Shown here piece by piece: positions 1 to 9,357 of a DNA stretch of 64,000 nt (position 1 is its first letter; every line of letters starts with the position of its first letter). The position numbers and the translations under genes are program-made. Under the pieces are notes generated by a model, which worked only from the letters and a program-made list of their open reading frames with translations, ran no database searches and was not told the origin of the DNA. The DNA comes from Euglena gracilis (lineage: Eukaryota), in assembly GCA_039621445.1 (NCBI GenBank), contig CP154954.1, positions 18,834,642 through 18,898,641 on the forward strand, written 5' to 3'.

Positions 1-476
1 CGCGGGACCCCCCTGTCGAGTTGCGAACTCAACCCTACCGGTCGAGTTTGGTCATTTACAGGGGGGGGGGCTTGCAGGACCCCTGTCAAGTTCCGAACTG
101 ATTGGAATCCAATTTTTTTTTGATTTCCCCCCCGTCCAACCACTTCTGTCTGCCATCGCTCACGGTTGGCCGCGCCCATCAAGGCCGCAAAGTTTTTGTG
201 TGGGGTGAAGTTGGAGGGCTCTGTGGGACCACATGTTCTATGGGGAAGCCTCTGAATTTGTGTAACACTTTTAAGCTAAAATCGGCGTTCAAACGGGGGA
301 CCCCTGTCCACACCAGGAATCGTGATTGAACCCGATTTTTCTGATAGTAATTGCAATTTTACACCCATGCGATCACACCCACTCCCGATCCGGGCCAAAG
401 TATCTTTGTCCCACACCCATTCTAAAGTGGGTCAAGGCAGAGGGGGACATTGTGGGGGGGGGATGCCGGCGCAAGG

Positions 477-1950
477 CGGTAGACTGGGGGTAGTCGGCCG
501 ACTAGTCGGCCGACTACCCAATTGGTCCACCGACTAGTCCTAGTCGGTAGCTAGTCGGCGAGACAGGGGGGGGGGTAGTGGGTAGTCGGCCAACTAGTCG
601 GCCGACTACCCACTCTAATGTACTAACGGGTCAAAACCGCCGACTTTTAAGCCCCCCCCCCATGAACAAAATCCAATGCAATCTAGTCGGTGGCTAGTCG
701 GCGGTCATAAAAATGGTCTGTGGCGGGCCCAAATCACCCGGAAATGGTCCGGATGGGTCCAAATAAGTGTCTTACGCCTAAATAAACACCCCCAGATGGA
801 AATCTTTGGTCAGTGGGGGGTCGGTGGGCCCTTGGTGGGGGTCCGGAGGGGTAAAAAACCAATGATGAAACAGGGATTACATTAAAATCCTTTAGAAATG
901 CAATCTGCAATCTGCGTTTTGCATCACGAGAGGCAGAAAACTCCCCCCTCCACCCCAATCCGAGACTCAAATAACAAAATCCCTTCTGTGTTGGCAACGT
1001 ACTCGGGGGCTAAGTCGTTTTTGTGGCTCACTTTGGCATAGGCGGGGGGGGCTCCGCCCCCCCCGCACCCCCCCCCTCAAATAACAAAATCCCTTCTATG
1101 TTGGCAACATACTCGGGGGCTAAGTCGTTTTTGTGGCTCACTTTGGCATAGGCGGGGGGGGGCGCCCCCCAACCCCCCCCCAAAAAACAAAAACCCTCCT
1201 CTGTTCGCAACATACTCGGGGGCTAAGTCGTTTTTGTGGCTCACTTTGGCATAGGCGGGGGGGCTCCGCCCCCCCCGCACCCCCCCCCCTCAAATAACAA
1301 AATCCCTTCTCTGTTGGCAACATATTCGGGGGGTAAGTCGTTTTTGTGGCTCACTTTGGCATAGGCGGGGGGGGCTCCGCCCCCCCCGCACCCCCCCCCT
1401 CAAATAACAAAATCCCTTCTGTGTTGGCAACATACTCGGGGGCTAAGTCGTTTTTGTGGCTTACTTTGGCATAGGCGGGGGGGGGCGTCGCCCGCCCCCC
1501 ACCCCCCCCCCAAATAACAAAATCCCTTCTATGTTGGCTATAGACTTGGGGGATAAGAACCTTTTTTTGTGCAAATTTTGACTTATACTGAAAATTCAAT
1601 GGGGAGAGGTGTACTTTTGTCAAAAGTGGCCCAAAATGGACATTTTCCCCCAATTTTTTTGCATATTCACCCCCGATTGGGGGGTTCTGGAGCCATTTGG
1701 GTCGGTTTTGACCGGCGTTGAGGTGATTTAGACTTTTTTTTTTACCAGGGGGGGGGGGGGGGCTTAAAAGTCGGCGGTTTTGACCCGTTAGTACATTAGA
1801 GTGGGTAGTCGGCCGACTAGTCGGCCGACTACCCACTACCCCCCCGCCGACTAGCCACCGACCAATTAGTCGGCCGACTAGTCGGTGGACCAATTGGGTA
1901 GTCGGCCGACTAGTCGGCCGACTACCCACTACCCCCCCCCCAGTCTACCG
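477..1950. mobile_element. Non-autonomous element with ~185-bp terminal inverted repeats (TAGTCGGCCGACTA-rich) and an internal tandem array
   Basis: 477-660 (cggtagactggggg...ccgccgacttttaagcccc) is the reverse complement of ~1755-1950. No clear TSD found. Confidence 0.8.
968..1540. repeat. Tandem repeat, ~110-bp unit, about 5 copies
   Basis: Unit caaataacaaaatcccttct..ttggcaacatactcgggggctaagtcg.. starts at 968, 1078, ~1181, 1291, 1401 and 1511. Confidence 0.9.
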
Positions 1951-2455
1951 TTTGGCACTGGGGATGCCCCCCCCTCCCACAATGTTTCCGCCCCCCCACT
2001 CCGACAGGTCACAAAAAACACTCCCCAAAAATGACCCAAAAAGCATTTTCCCCACCTTCTTTTCATCAAAAAAAAAGAGGCCAAAAAGTGCTTTTTTCAC
2101 ATTTTCTGAAAAAAACTGCCCAAAAATTTTATACACCGCCACCGCAACCTCAAAATGGCGCACGCCCTAGGGTGGAGGCCAAGCCGTATTTTAGTCGGGT
2201 GCCGACCCCACCGGGGGGGGGGGGGTGCCTGCCTGGGCAGGCACTCCAAGGGGGGGGGGGGTAGGGCACAGGGCCAAAAGTGCCCTAGCACAACCCCGGT
2301 GCCGAAGGGGCCGGGGAGCTAAATATGGCCTGTTTTCAAAGGTATGTGCCTTGCCACAGGCCAAAATCTGACGCCCACAGGCACTCCGGACCCCCCCCGG
2401 GGTTGGTTAAAACCGTTAACCGTTCACGGGCTTCCCCACGTGAGGAAACGGGGTG

Positions 2456-2489
2456 CGTTCACGGGTGCGCACTACGGCACCCGTGAACG
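2456..2489. promoter_or_regulatory. loxP-geometry candidate recombination site A1 (13-8-13)
   Basis: cgttcacgggtgc-gcactacg-gcacccgtgaacg: perfect 13-bp arms around an asymmetric 8-bp spacer. Function is inferred. Confidence 0.55.
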
Positions 2490-2687
2490 GACCCCGTTTT
2501 CACATATGCGCACCCGTGGTCGGTTCACGGGTGCACGCACGGCAGCCGTGGACGGAATTTTGCCTTTAAAAAAGGGAAAATATTTATGCAGTAGGGAAGA
2601 GGATTTGAAACAAATGGCGAACCTGGTGAACTTGAGGGGTGGGGGCAGGAATGCAAGAGGTGGCATAGGGAACTGACACGCGACAAA

Positions 2688-3411
2688 CTAAATTTGCGGC
2701 TTGAAACTTTCGACCACCAACCGACGAAGAACCTCCCCTCGGTATCCGGTGGTGTACCCCAACAAAAGTACATTCCTCCTTTGGACCCAAAATGGTGTGT
2801 TCCCTTCGGCAGCCTTCAAAACTGTGAGCAACTCGTCCGCCTGCAAAACTGTGTTTGTCAACCCACCCTTGGCCTCCATTGCCTTTTTGGCCCTTTCGTG
2901 CGTGACGAGTGGCTTCATTAACGCATTGAACTGCGGGAACTGGGACACAGACGATGGTACAATGATGGCATAAACGGGAGCCAATGCCTTGTAAATGTTG
3001 CTTACAGCATTTACATAGGTCCGAAAACTGGACACTGGCATGGAGCGAAGGCGCCCATCTTTTCCTGCCTTCTCCTGCCTTGTCTGGACCCAGGCATCGG
3101 CTTCCTGCTGCGTCTTGAAAAGTTCACGAGCATCAACGCACCATCTGGCCCATCCCACCAAAACTTCGTCCAAAGAGCCAAAAACAATGCCATGCCGGTT
3201 GCAAACATCCATATACTCCAAAAAACACTTTACTGCGGCATGGTTCTTGGGGCCCAAGTCACAATTTTGACCACCGGTGGGGAGACTGCCTAAAAGGGCA
3301 TCCACTGCAGCAGCTCCTAGGGAGCTGGCACCACGTAAAACAGCCAGAAATTCATCTACGTTGGGGGGGGCGGGGCATCTGTGCTTCCATCATGTTGGCA
3401 AAACGCTTCAT
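2688..3411 (-). CDS. Tyrosine recombinase, Crypton-type, C-terminally truncated (~240 aa if one C is removed from the C8 run at 3363-3370)
   Basis: ORF 2688-3305 has KDG...SSFRTYVNAVSNIYK (core-binding-like) and NTPFWVQRRNVLLLGYTTGYRGEVLRRL (YR box I with catalytic Arg, resembling the Crypton TP..Q...G.RG motif). It extends to the ATG at 3411 with a 1-nt homopolymer fix. No convincing box II or catalytic Tyr follows. Confidence 0.72.
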
Positions 3412-3552
3412 CGGACTGTGGGGAAAAGCAGCAGACAGACAGAAACACAAATGTTAAAAACCCCAAAAAATTCAAATTCCGATCACGGGTAACACCTTGC
3501 GCAACCGTGGTCGGTTCACGGGTGCACGCACGGCAGCCGTGGACGGAAATTC

Positions 3553-3586
3553 CGTTCACGGGTGCGCACTACGGCACCCGTGAACG
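3553..3586. promoter_or_regulatory. loxP-geometry candidate recombination site A2, identical to A1 and in the same orientation
   Basis: Same 34 bp as 2456-2489; arms extend to 14 bp (3552-3587). Confidence 0.55.
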
Positions 3587-3701
3587 GCCAAAGTTCACCC
3601 GTGAACGCCAAAAACGAGATTTTTGACCCCCTAGGCATCTCGTTAGGAAGCGCTTGCCTACTGCGAGGAAGCCCGTGAACTTGTTTAACGGTTTTTAAGA
3701 C

Positions 3702-3798
3702 AAAAGCGGGGTCCGATCACGATTCCCGGTGGAGAAACGGGGGTCGCCTACGGCGCCCCCCGTTTCTCCACCGGGAATCGTGATCGGACCCCGCTTTT
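3702..3798. repeat. Near-perfect hairpin (47-bp arms, 3-nt loop), probable miniature element related to the YR element ends
   Basis: 3702-3748 versus 3752-3798 are complementary at 46/47 positions. Confidence 0.9.
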
Positions 3799-4712
3799 TC
3801 TTATAAAAAAAAACAGCCTGGTGGAGGGTGGGCATAAAATTCTTGCTTCCTGTCCCATGACCCATGGCACCCCATCACAAAAGGCACTGGGCGATATGTT
3901 CATATTTGACACACTTCTCCGCTGGCGGATTGTGACGTCCACTGCATAGTGGGCACGCCTGTTTTTTTTGACGTTGTTTTTTTTTATTTCTAACAATGTT
4001 TTTTTTAAAAAAAATGCCCACGAGGTTTTGCAACGAAAAATTTTTGAATGCATATTTCCAATCATTTTTGGCAACTTCTAGGTCATTTCTGCCAAAAACT
4101 GCCTTCCACAAAAAATGAAAAAAGTCATAAAATGCATTTTTTTGCATTTTTTGGGTGTTTTTGACCATTTTTTGGCACTTTTGAACTTATTAGGATTCGA
4201 AGTATGGTTTGGGTGTTTCATAACAAGTTTTTTTTAAATAAAATTTCCCATTTTTTTTGAATTTTTTTAGTGTTTTTTTTTTCTTCAAAAGAAACACCTT
4301 TTTTTTAAGAATACAAAAAAAATGCCCACTATGGTCCACTGCCACATCCATCTCGTCGTCCAAGGTGTTCATCGCTGCACGCAAGCAATTTCCATCTCTT
4401 GGAAAAAGTGTCATGGCAGGCAGAAGACCGAGGAGCTCTGTGATGCACGTTTAGGAAAGTTTGTTGTGAAGAAAACCGGCGTGCACCTTTTCTGTACACG
4501 ATGCTCCGGTGGGTTGGCTGTTTTCATTCCACTTCGTCCCAAGAGGACTCGGTGGGGCATTCTATGTATAACCTGGTGGTACAAACATACAAATGTCGTG
4601 TCCAGAAGTCTCCTACAGAAGAATGTGAGTGTGATTGTTGCAGAGGTCAACTGTCGAAGGTGGTCTGTGATGATTGTGTGGGGCGTGTGGTGTGGTGTCG
4701 AGCGGTTCAGGA

Positions 4713-5129
4713 TAAACCCCCCCAAATACAAAACCCCCCGGTTTTATATTTGGGCAGAAATTTCAAGACCCCACGGGGGGTTTTATATTTGGGGTTTTAA
4801 ATTCGGTCGGAAAAATGAACTTTTTGGCGGGACCCAGTAGTCACTTTTTCGGTCCAAAATCACAAATCCACCCTTGGGGTCCAAAAAATTCACTTTTCGG
4901 TGAAGGAGCAATTTTCACACTTTTGGGTAAAAATTGCTCCCAAATCTGCCAAAAATCACAATTTCAGGAGAGATTTTGTCGAATTTTTTTCCTTCCGGTG
5001 CTTCGTGCCGGAGGGGGGGTTTTATATTCGGGCGGGATTTCAAGGTCCTCAGGGGGGGTTTTATATTTGGGGGGTTTTTATATTTGGGGGGGTTTTGTAT
5101 TTGGGGGGGGTTATATTTGGGGGGGGTTA
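4713..5129. mobile_element. MITE with TAACCCCCCC-AAATA termini (TA-bounded, Tc1/mariner-pogo-like)
   Basis: Ends taaacccccccaaata / tatttggggggggtta with repeated TTTATATTTGGG. Close relative at ~11152-11437. Confidence 0.7.
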
Positions 5130-5461
5130 CTCAATTGGGTGTGTGGGTGGGTGTGTAGAATGTGGTTTTGTTCAGTGAATGGTGATGCATGGCTACCAAC
5201 AGGCGAGCTGGTTGTGCATGGGTCCAACAGCCAACCAGTTTAGCCGGCTTAAGGTTGTTTCGATTAATCAATTTTTTGATTAATCGTTCGCCACCCCTCG
5301 ATTAATCGTTCATTCGGCCAGGGGGTGATTAATCGAAATAATCGGTCTTCCCAAGGAAACCATTGAAAATGTAGTGCAAGAAAACAATTGGGAGTGATCA
5401 TTTTGGAGGCTCTGTCTCACAGAAATGTCACTGTGTGTTGCTTTCTTTTGGGCGAGACCCG

Positions 5462-5600
5462 TTAGGAAACACTGTGCAATTTTGGGAGGGGGTTGCTTTG
5501 CATGTGCCGATTTTGGCCAAAGTTGCAATTGCAATTTTAAGCCTTGGTGTTTCAGAAGCTTGTGTTGAGCGCAGTTTTTCTCACCAGAGTCTCCTGCATA
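5462..5600 (+). pseudogene. hAT transposase C-terminal dimerisation domain remnant
   Basis: QFWEGVALHVPILAKVAIAILSLGVSEACVERSFS matches the hATC pattern W...P.La..A..iL....SeA..ER.FS. Confidence 0.85.
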
Positions 5601-6579
5601 CCTCCCCCCTTGGAATATCGACTGGCATGAATGTCGAAAAGCAAATTTTCGTCCGATGAAATCCTGACTTGCGGCCCAGGTCGAACAGTCTTTTCTCGTC
5701 CGGTGATTTTTGGCGTGACTGTCGTCGTGAGAGGCAAGTTCCCGCTGGAAAAGCCATTTTCGTTACTCGCCTCTGAAATACGCTTTTTGACCTTGCCGTG
5801 CGAGACCAACGACTTGTGGTCGACATATTTCTATAAAAACTGTCAGTTTTGGCCGACTTTCATTCTTTTCAGGCGGGGGCAAAAAAAATTGCGAAACATG
5901 CCGAAAATATTTCAAAAAGTTTTCCGCGCCGTAAACTCTGGGCGGGGGGGGGGGGCTCGGCTGAACCTACCCCCCCCCCCGGTCTGTCCACGACGAAAAT
6001 TAGCCCCTGCCTCTGAACTACGCAACTGGGGGAGGGGGCAGTGAGGAAGCAGAATTGTCAACTTGGTTTCCAACAAACTGTCATGCAACAAGAATTGAAA
6101 AATTCAAAAAAAATTTCGTGAGCGGTGTAAAGTTTTTTTGACACGTTAACACTGAAAACAGAACAAAATCCTCGTGGGAAGCAACTGCAGTTCGCGGAGT
6201 TGTTTAAACAACTTCGGTCCACAAATCCCTGACCAATAATAACTGGTGATGCCAGGACCATGGCAAATGGAAAGACTTCATCACTTCCAGGTTTGACAGC
6301 ATCCACAGCTGCGTGAGGGGGGCAGAAGGACATGTTCGGGGGGGACAAAAAAAACAGGAACATGTCGGGGGGGGGGACTTTTTCAGGGGGGGGACAGGAC
6401 TTTGTGGGGAAAATGAGACTTGACTATGCAAAAAATGCAAAAGTTGAATATTCCCCCCCCCCCCTGCATTCAGGCAAAAGGGACTTGGTTTGGGGGGGAC
6501 TGAAACGGGAGGTCAAAAAAATCTCTGGGAATTCGCTCAGCAAATCCTGAGTCCTGATTGTTCCCCACGCATGGCCCAA

Positions 6580-6919
6580 GTCAATCTTCGTCTGGATGGT
6601 GGTGAACTTGCAGGCAATGTGGCAGTCCAGCACGGAGGCCAAACTGATCAGTGTGGTTCAGAATGATGACCTGAAGAAATGTGTATGTGAAAAGGGACAA
6701 AACGATTTGTCCATCTCTGGCACAGAATGGCACCAACCAGAAACATTTTTGAAGCCAGTCAAAAAACAATGAAGCCAGACAGAAAAACATTGAAGAGAGG
6801 CTTACCTGGGCAGTGAAGTCAGCAGTCTCCTTGGCGGGATCGTTCTTGGCGTTCGAGGCCACATAACCACGGCGAATATCCTTGACAGACACGTTCTCCA
6901 CGTTCTTCACGCTGAAGCC
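6580..6919 (-). pseudogene. EEF1A: Elongation factor 1-alpha fragment (two partial exons and a GT-AG intron at 6805-6671), degenerate
   Basis: GFSVKNV(ENV)[28 protein letters not shown] | [24 protein letters not shown]. Carries a 9-nt duplication, deletions and a frameshift. Confidence 0.92.
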
Positions 6920-7990
6920 AAGTCAAGGTCCGCAATGGCCTGCAGCACGTACTCTTCCTCTTGGGGTCTGGTGGTCTGGTGGTCTGGTCTGGTCTGGACG
7001 GTCGACGACACTGATTTCCCGACCACAAACTTGTCCATTCCTCTGAAGACAAAGTTCAGGATCTGAAAACACGTGGGGTGTTGAGCACCTTTGGCAGTTC
7101 AACGATCAAAGTAACCAAACCCAATGTCCAATTAGTAATATCCCGCCGCGTTCCCAGTCGGGATCATCTGTACCAAAGACGTGATCACTTTTTTCGAACA
7201 CTGTGCGAGCTCGAACAGAGAAATATCGACAAGAGAGTGGTTCGGCTTTAGAATTTCTTGAGTTTAGTACGTTCTACATTTGGATACCCCTGGTAGCGAC
7301 TTGCGCGCTAAGCTGGATGACTCTTCCCAGGCTGAGGAAGTGGCCGAGCAGTGATGGCCAGAGGGCCATTTCGGGTCACCCATTGCCCCACCTCCCGTTT
7401 CAGCTGTGGCAAAATATCATCCATTCAAGGGAAACGAAGCGTTTGTTGGTCATCATAATGCTAGGAACCCAAAGGGGGCATTAATCGTTCGGTAATCGTT
7501 CGCCACCCCCCGATTAATCGGCATTAATCGTTCGGTGCCGTCGATTAAGATTAATCGTCCAACCTTAGCCGGCTGACACAAGACGGCGCTTTTTGGAGGG
7601 AGGGGCCGGTGGTGGATGTGGAGACCGCAACGGAGGGAAAGACAGAGGGCAAGACAGAGAGGTCCTGTGCCACCTCTGCCCCCTCCTCCGCCGGTGGAGC
7701 CTCCCACGCCAGCCGCCGCGCCCATTGCTGCCGGTTGCGCTCGATCGCCTCGTCGTCATCATCCGACTCCAAGAGAGGAGGTGATCAGGAAGCATTCTGA
7801 AAATCTTCAAACAAGTCAATGAAGAAGCTCCAGACCAGTTAAAGGAGGAGCTCTCATTTGAGGACCTCTGGCCACTTTTCTCATGTTATCAGTTCCCGGC
7901 GGACGGGGCAGTTTTACCCAGACCGTGCCCTGGCCCAGAGGAGCTCTCATGAAACTAGGAATGCCTGCTTGGGACAAGATCAAAAATACC

Positions 7991-8061
7991 AGGTCCTACT
8001 CGGATTCAAACCGGGGTTATGGAATCAGAATCCCATGTGCTAACCGCTACACTTTAAGACC
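7991..8061 (-). tRNA. trnQ: tRNA-Gln(CTG), probably a pseudogene
   Basis: Minus strand GGTCTTAAAGTGTAGCGGTTAGCACATGGGATTCTGATTCCATAACCCCGGTTTGAATCCGAGTAGGACCT. Acceptor, D and T stems pair and the anticodon is CTG; a T5 terminator follows. Lesions: T8>A, TTCGA>TTTGA, one base missing from the anticodon stem. Confidence 0.8.
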
Positions 8062-8699
8062 GATGCCCTTCGAACACAAAAAATTTCTCAAACAAAAAAA
8101 TTCAAATCCCAACCACGGATGCTTTGGGAAATCCTGTTTCCCCAGCCTCCCCGCCCAATTGACCAGGTTTTGCATTGTGCTGAGCTCTTTACGTGTCTTA
8201 TGGTGCCATGCTGCAGCAAATGTTTGAGGCCTAGTGCGCTCGGCGGCCCAGCGGCACAGCGGTCCAGCCCCGCCCAGTGCCCGGCGGCATGGCTAGTGGC
8301 CCGGTGGCCCAGCCCAGCCCGGCCCGGTCAAAATGTTGAAAAAGACTCATTTTTGGCTCATCCTAAATGTGGCTGAAAATGGCCAGTCAAAACAGGCCAA
8401 AATTGTGCAAAATGGGCAAAATTGTCTGACAAAAATGGCCGTAACTCGAGCTAGGCGGGGAAGTGTGGGGAAATCAAAATACTGTTAGATAGGGCATTTT
8501 AAGGGTTTCAATAGTTAGATAGGGCTTTCCTTTGATTCCCCAACATTTTTGAAAAATTTCAGAAAAATCGAATTTTTTTTGACCCAAAACAACGACCAAA
8601 AACGGCCAAGTTGCAAGCCTGCCGCACTGTTTTGGGCCGTAAATCGGCCATATCTGGTGGCGGGGAGTTGCGGGGAAATCAAAACACCATTAGATAGGG

Positions 8700-9114
8700 T
8701 AAAACCCCCCCAAATAGTATTGCACCCGCAGCTCTATTGGACGGCCGCCTCCGGCGGCGGGGGGTGCAGCACTATTTGGACCTGTGGCACTATTGGACTG
8801 GGTGCCTCTTAGTCCTGGCCTATCACCACAGGCACCCTTTTTGTCTGCTCAATGTCCTTCTCTGAGGCTAGTGAGGTCGTGTGGTTCATCTTCGGACCAC
8901 TTCTCTGAGTTGTTCGGGTGGGGATTTGCCCCCTTTCCCCTCTCAGCGGATTAAAAAAGGCGCCTGCAGTAGGCTGCACCAGCTTCTACGCATTTCACAT
9001 TGCTGTGATTTGGAGGGGTGCAGCACTATTGGACGCTCGCTTCATCCGGCGGGGGGTGCAGCACTATTTGGACCGCAACTCTATTGGCCCCGCAACACTA
9101 TTAGGGGGGGTTTA
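8700..9114. mobile_element. TA-bounded MITE (taaaacccccccaaatag / ctattagggggggttta)
   Basis: Inverted ends and repeated GGTGCAGCACTATT. Relative at ~62834-63067. Confidence 0.7.
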
Positions 9115-9357
9115 GTTCTTTGATGTTGCTTCATTTCCGAGAGATTTTAAAAAACATCGATTTTTTGACCCCGAAAACAACCCAAAATGACCCCAGAAGT
9201 TGGCCAAAATTGGCCGAAAATTGGCCGTAACTCGGGCAACGGCCTGGGGGTCCAATTGCAATTGGTAAGGGGTCGTTGATCTCTTACCTCTTTAAAGTAA
9301 GAGCGAAGCTCACCACTGGGGAAAAGGGGGGGGTAGACCCCCCCCCCGCCCCTGGGT

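Larger units (their letters stand above)
2407..3698 (-). mobile_element. Crypton-like tyrosine-recombinase DNA transposon, probably internally deleted, TTAA at both ends
   Basis: TTAA at 2407-2410 and 3695-3698. Imperfect ~30-bp inverted termini (ttaaaaccgttaacc-gttcacgggcttcc versus ggaagcccgtgaacttgtttaacggtttttaa). Repeated GTTCACGGGTGC motifs. Encloses a YR-like ORF. Confidence 0.75.
5250..7567 (+). mobile_element. Defective hAT DNA transposon carrying a captured EF-1alpha fragment
   Basis: Termini taaggttg / caacctta, GATTAATCG subterminal repeats at both ends, flanking duplication (a)gccggct at 5242-5249 and 7567-7574, hAT C-terminal coding remnant inside. Confidence 0.82.

Noticed and set aside
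968-1540. Regularly spaced repeats resembling a CRISPR array
   Set aside because: Whole units repeat with no unique spacers, there are no cas genes, and the context is eukaryotic.
2600-2635. VHQVRHLF as YR box II (HxxRH)
   Set aside because: Different frame, too close to box I, and followed by a stop with no catalytic Tyr; probably chance.
2688-3305. Bacterial or phage integrase contamination
   Set aside because: Embedded in a host repeat also seen at ~55710-56035 and preceded by a eukaryotic acceptor.
2407-3698. piggyBac or Kolobok assignment based on TTAA
   Set aside because: No DDE transposase is present and the only ORF is YR-like; carriage as cargo by a TTAA-specific DDE element is not fully excluded.
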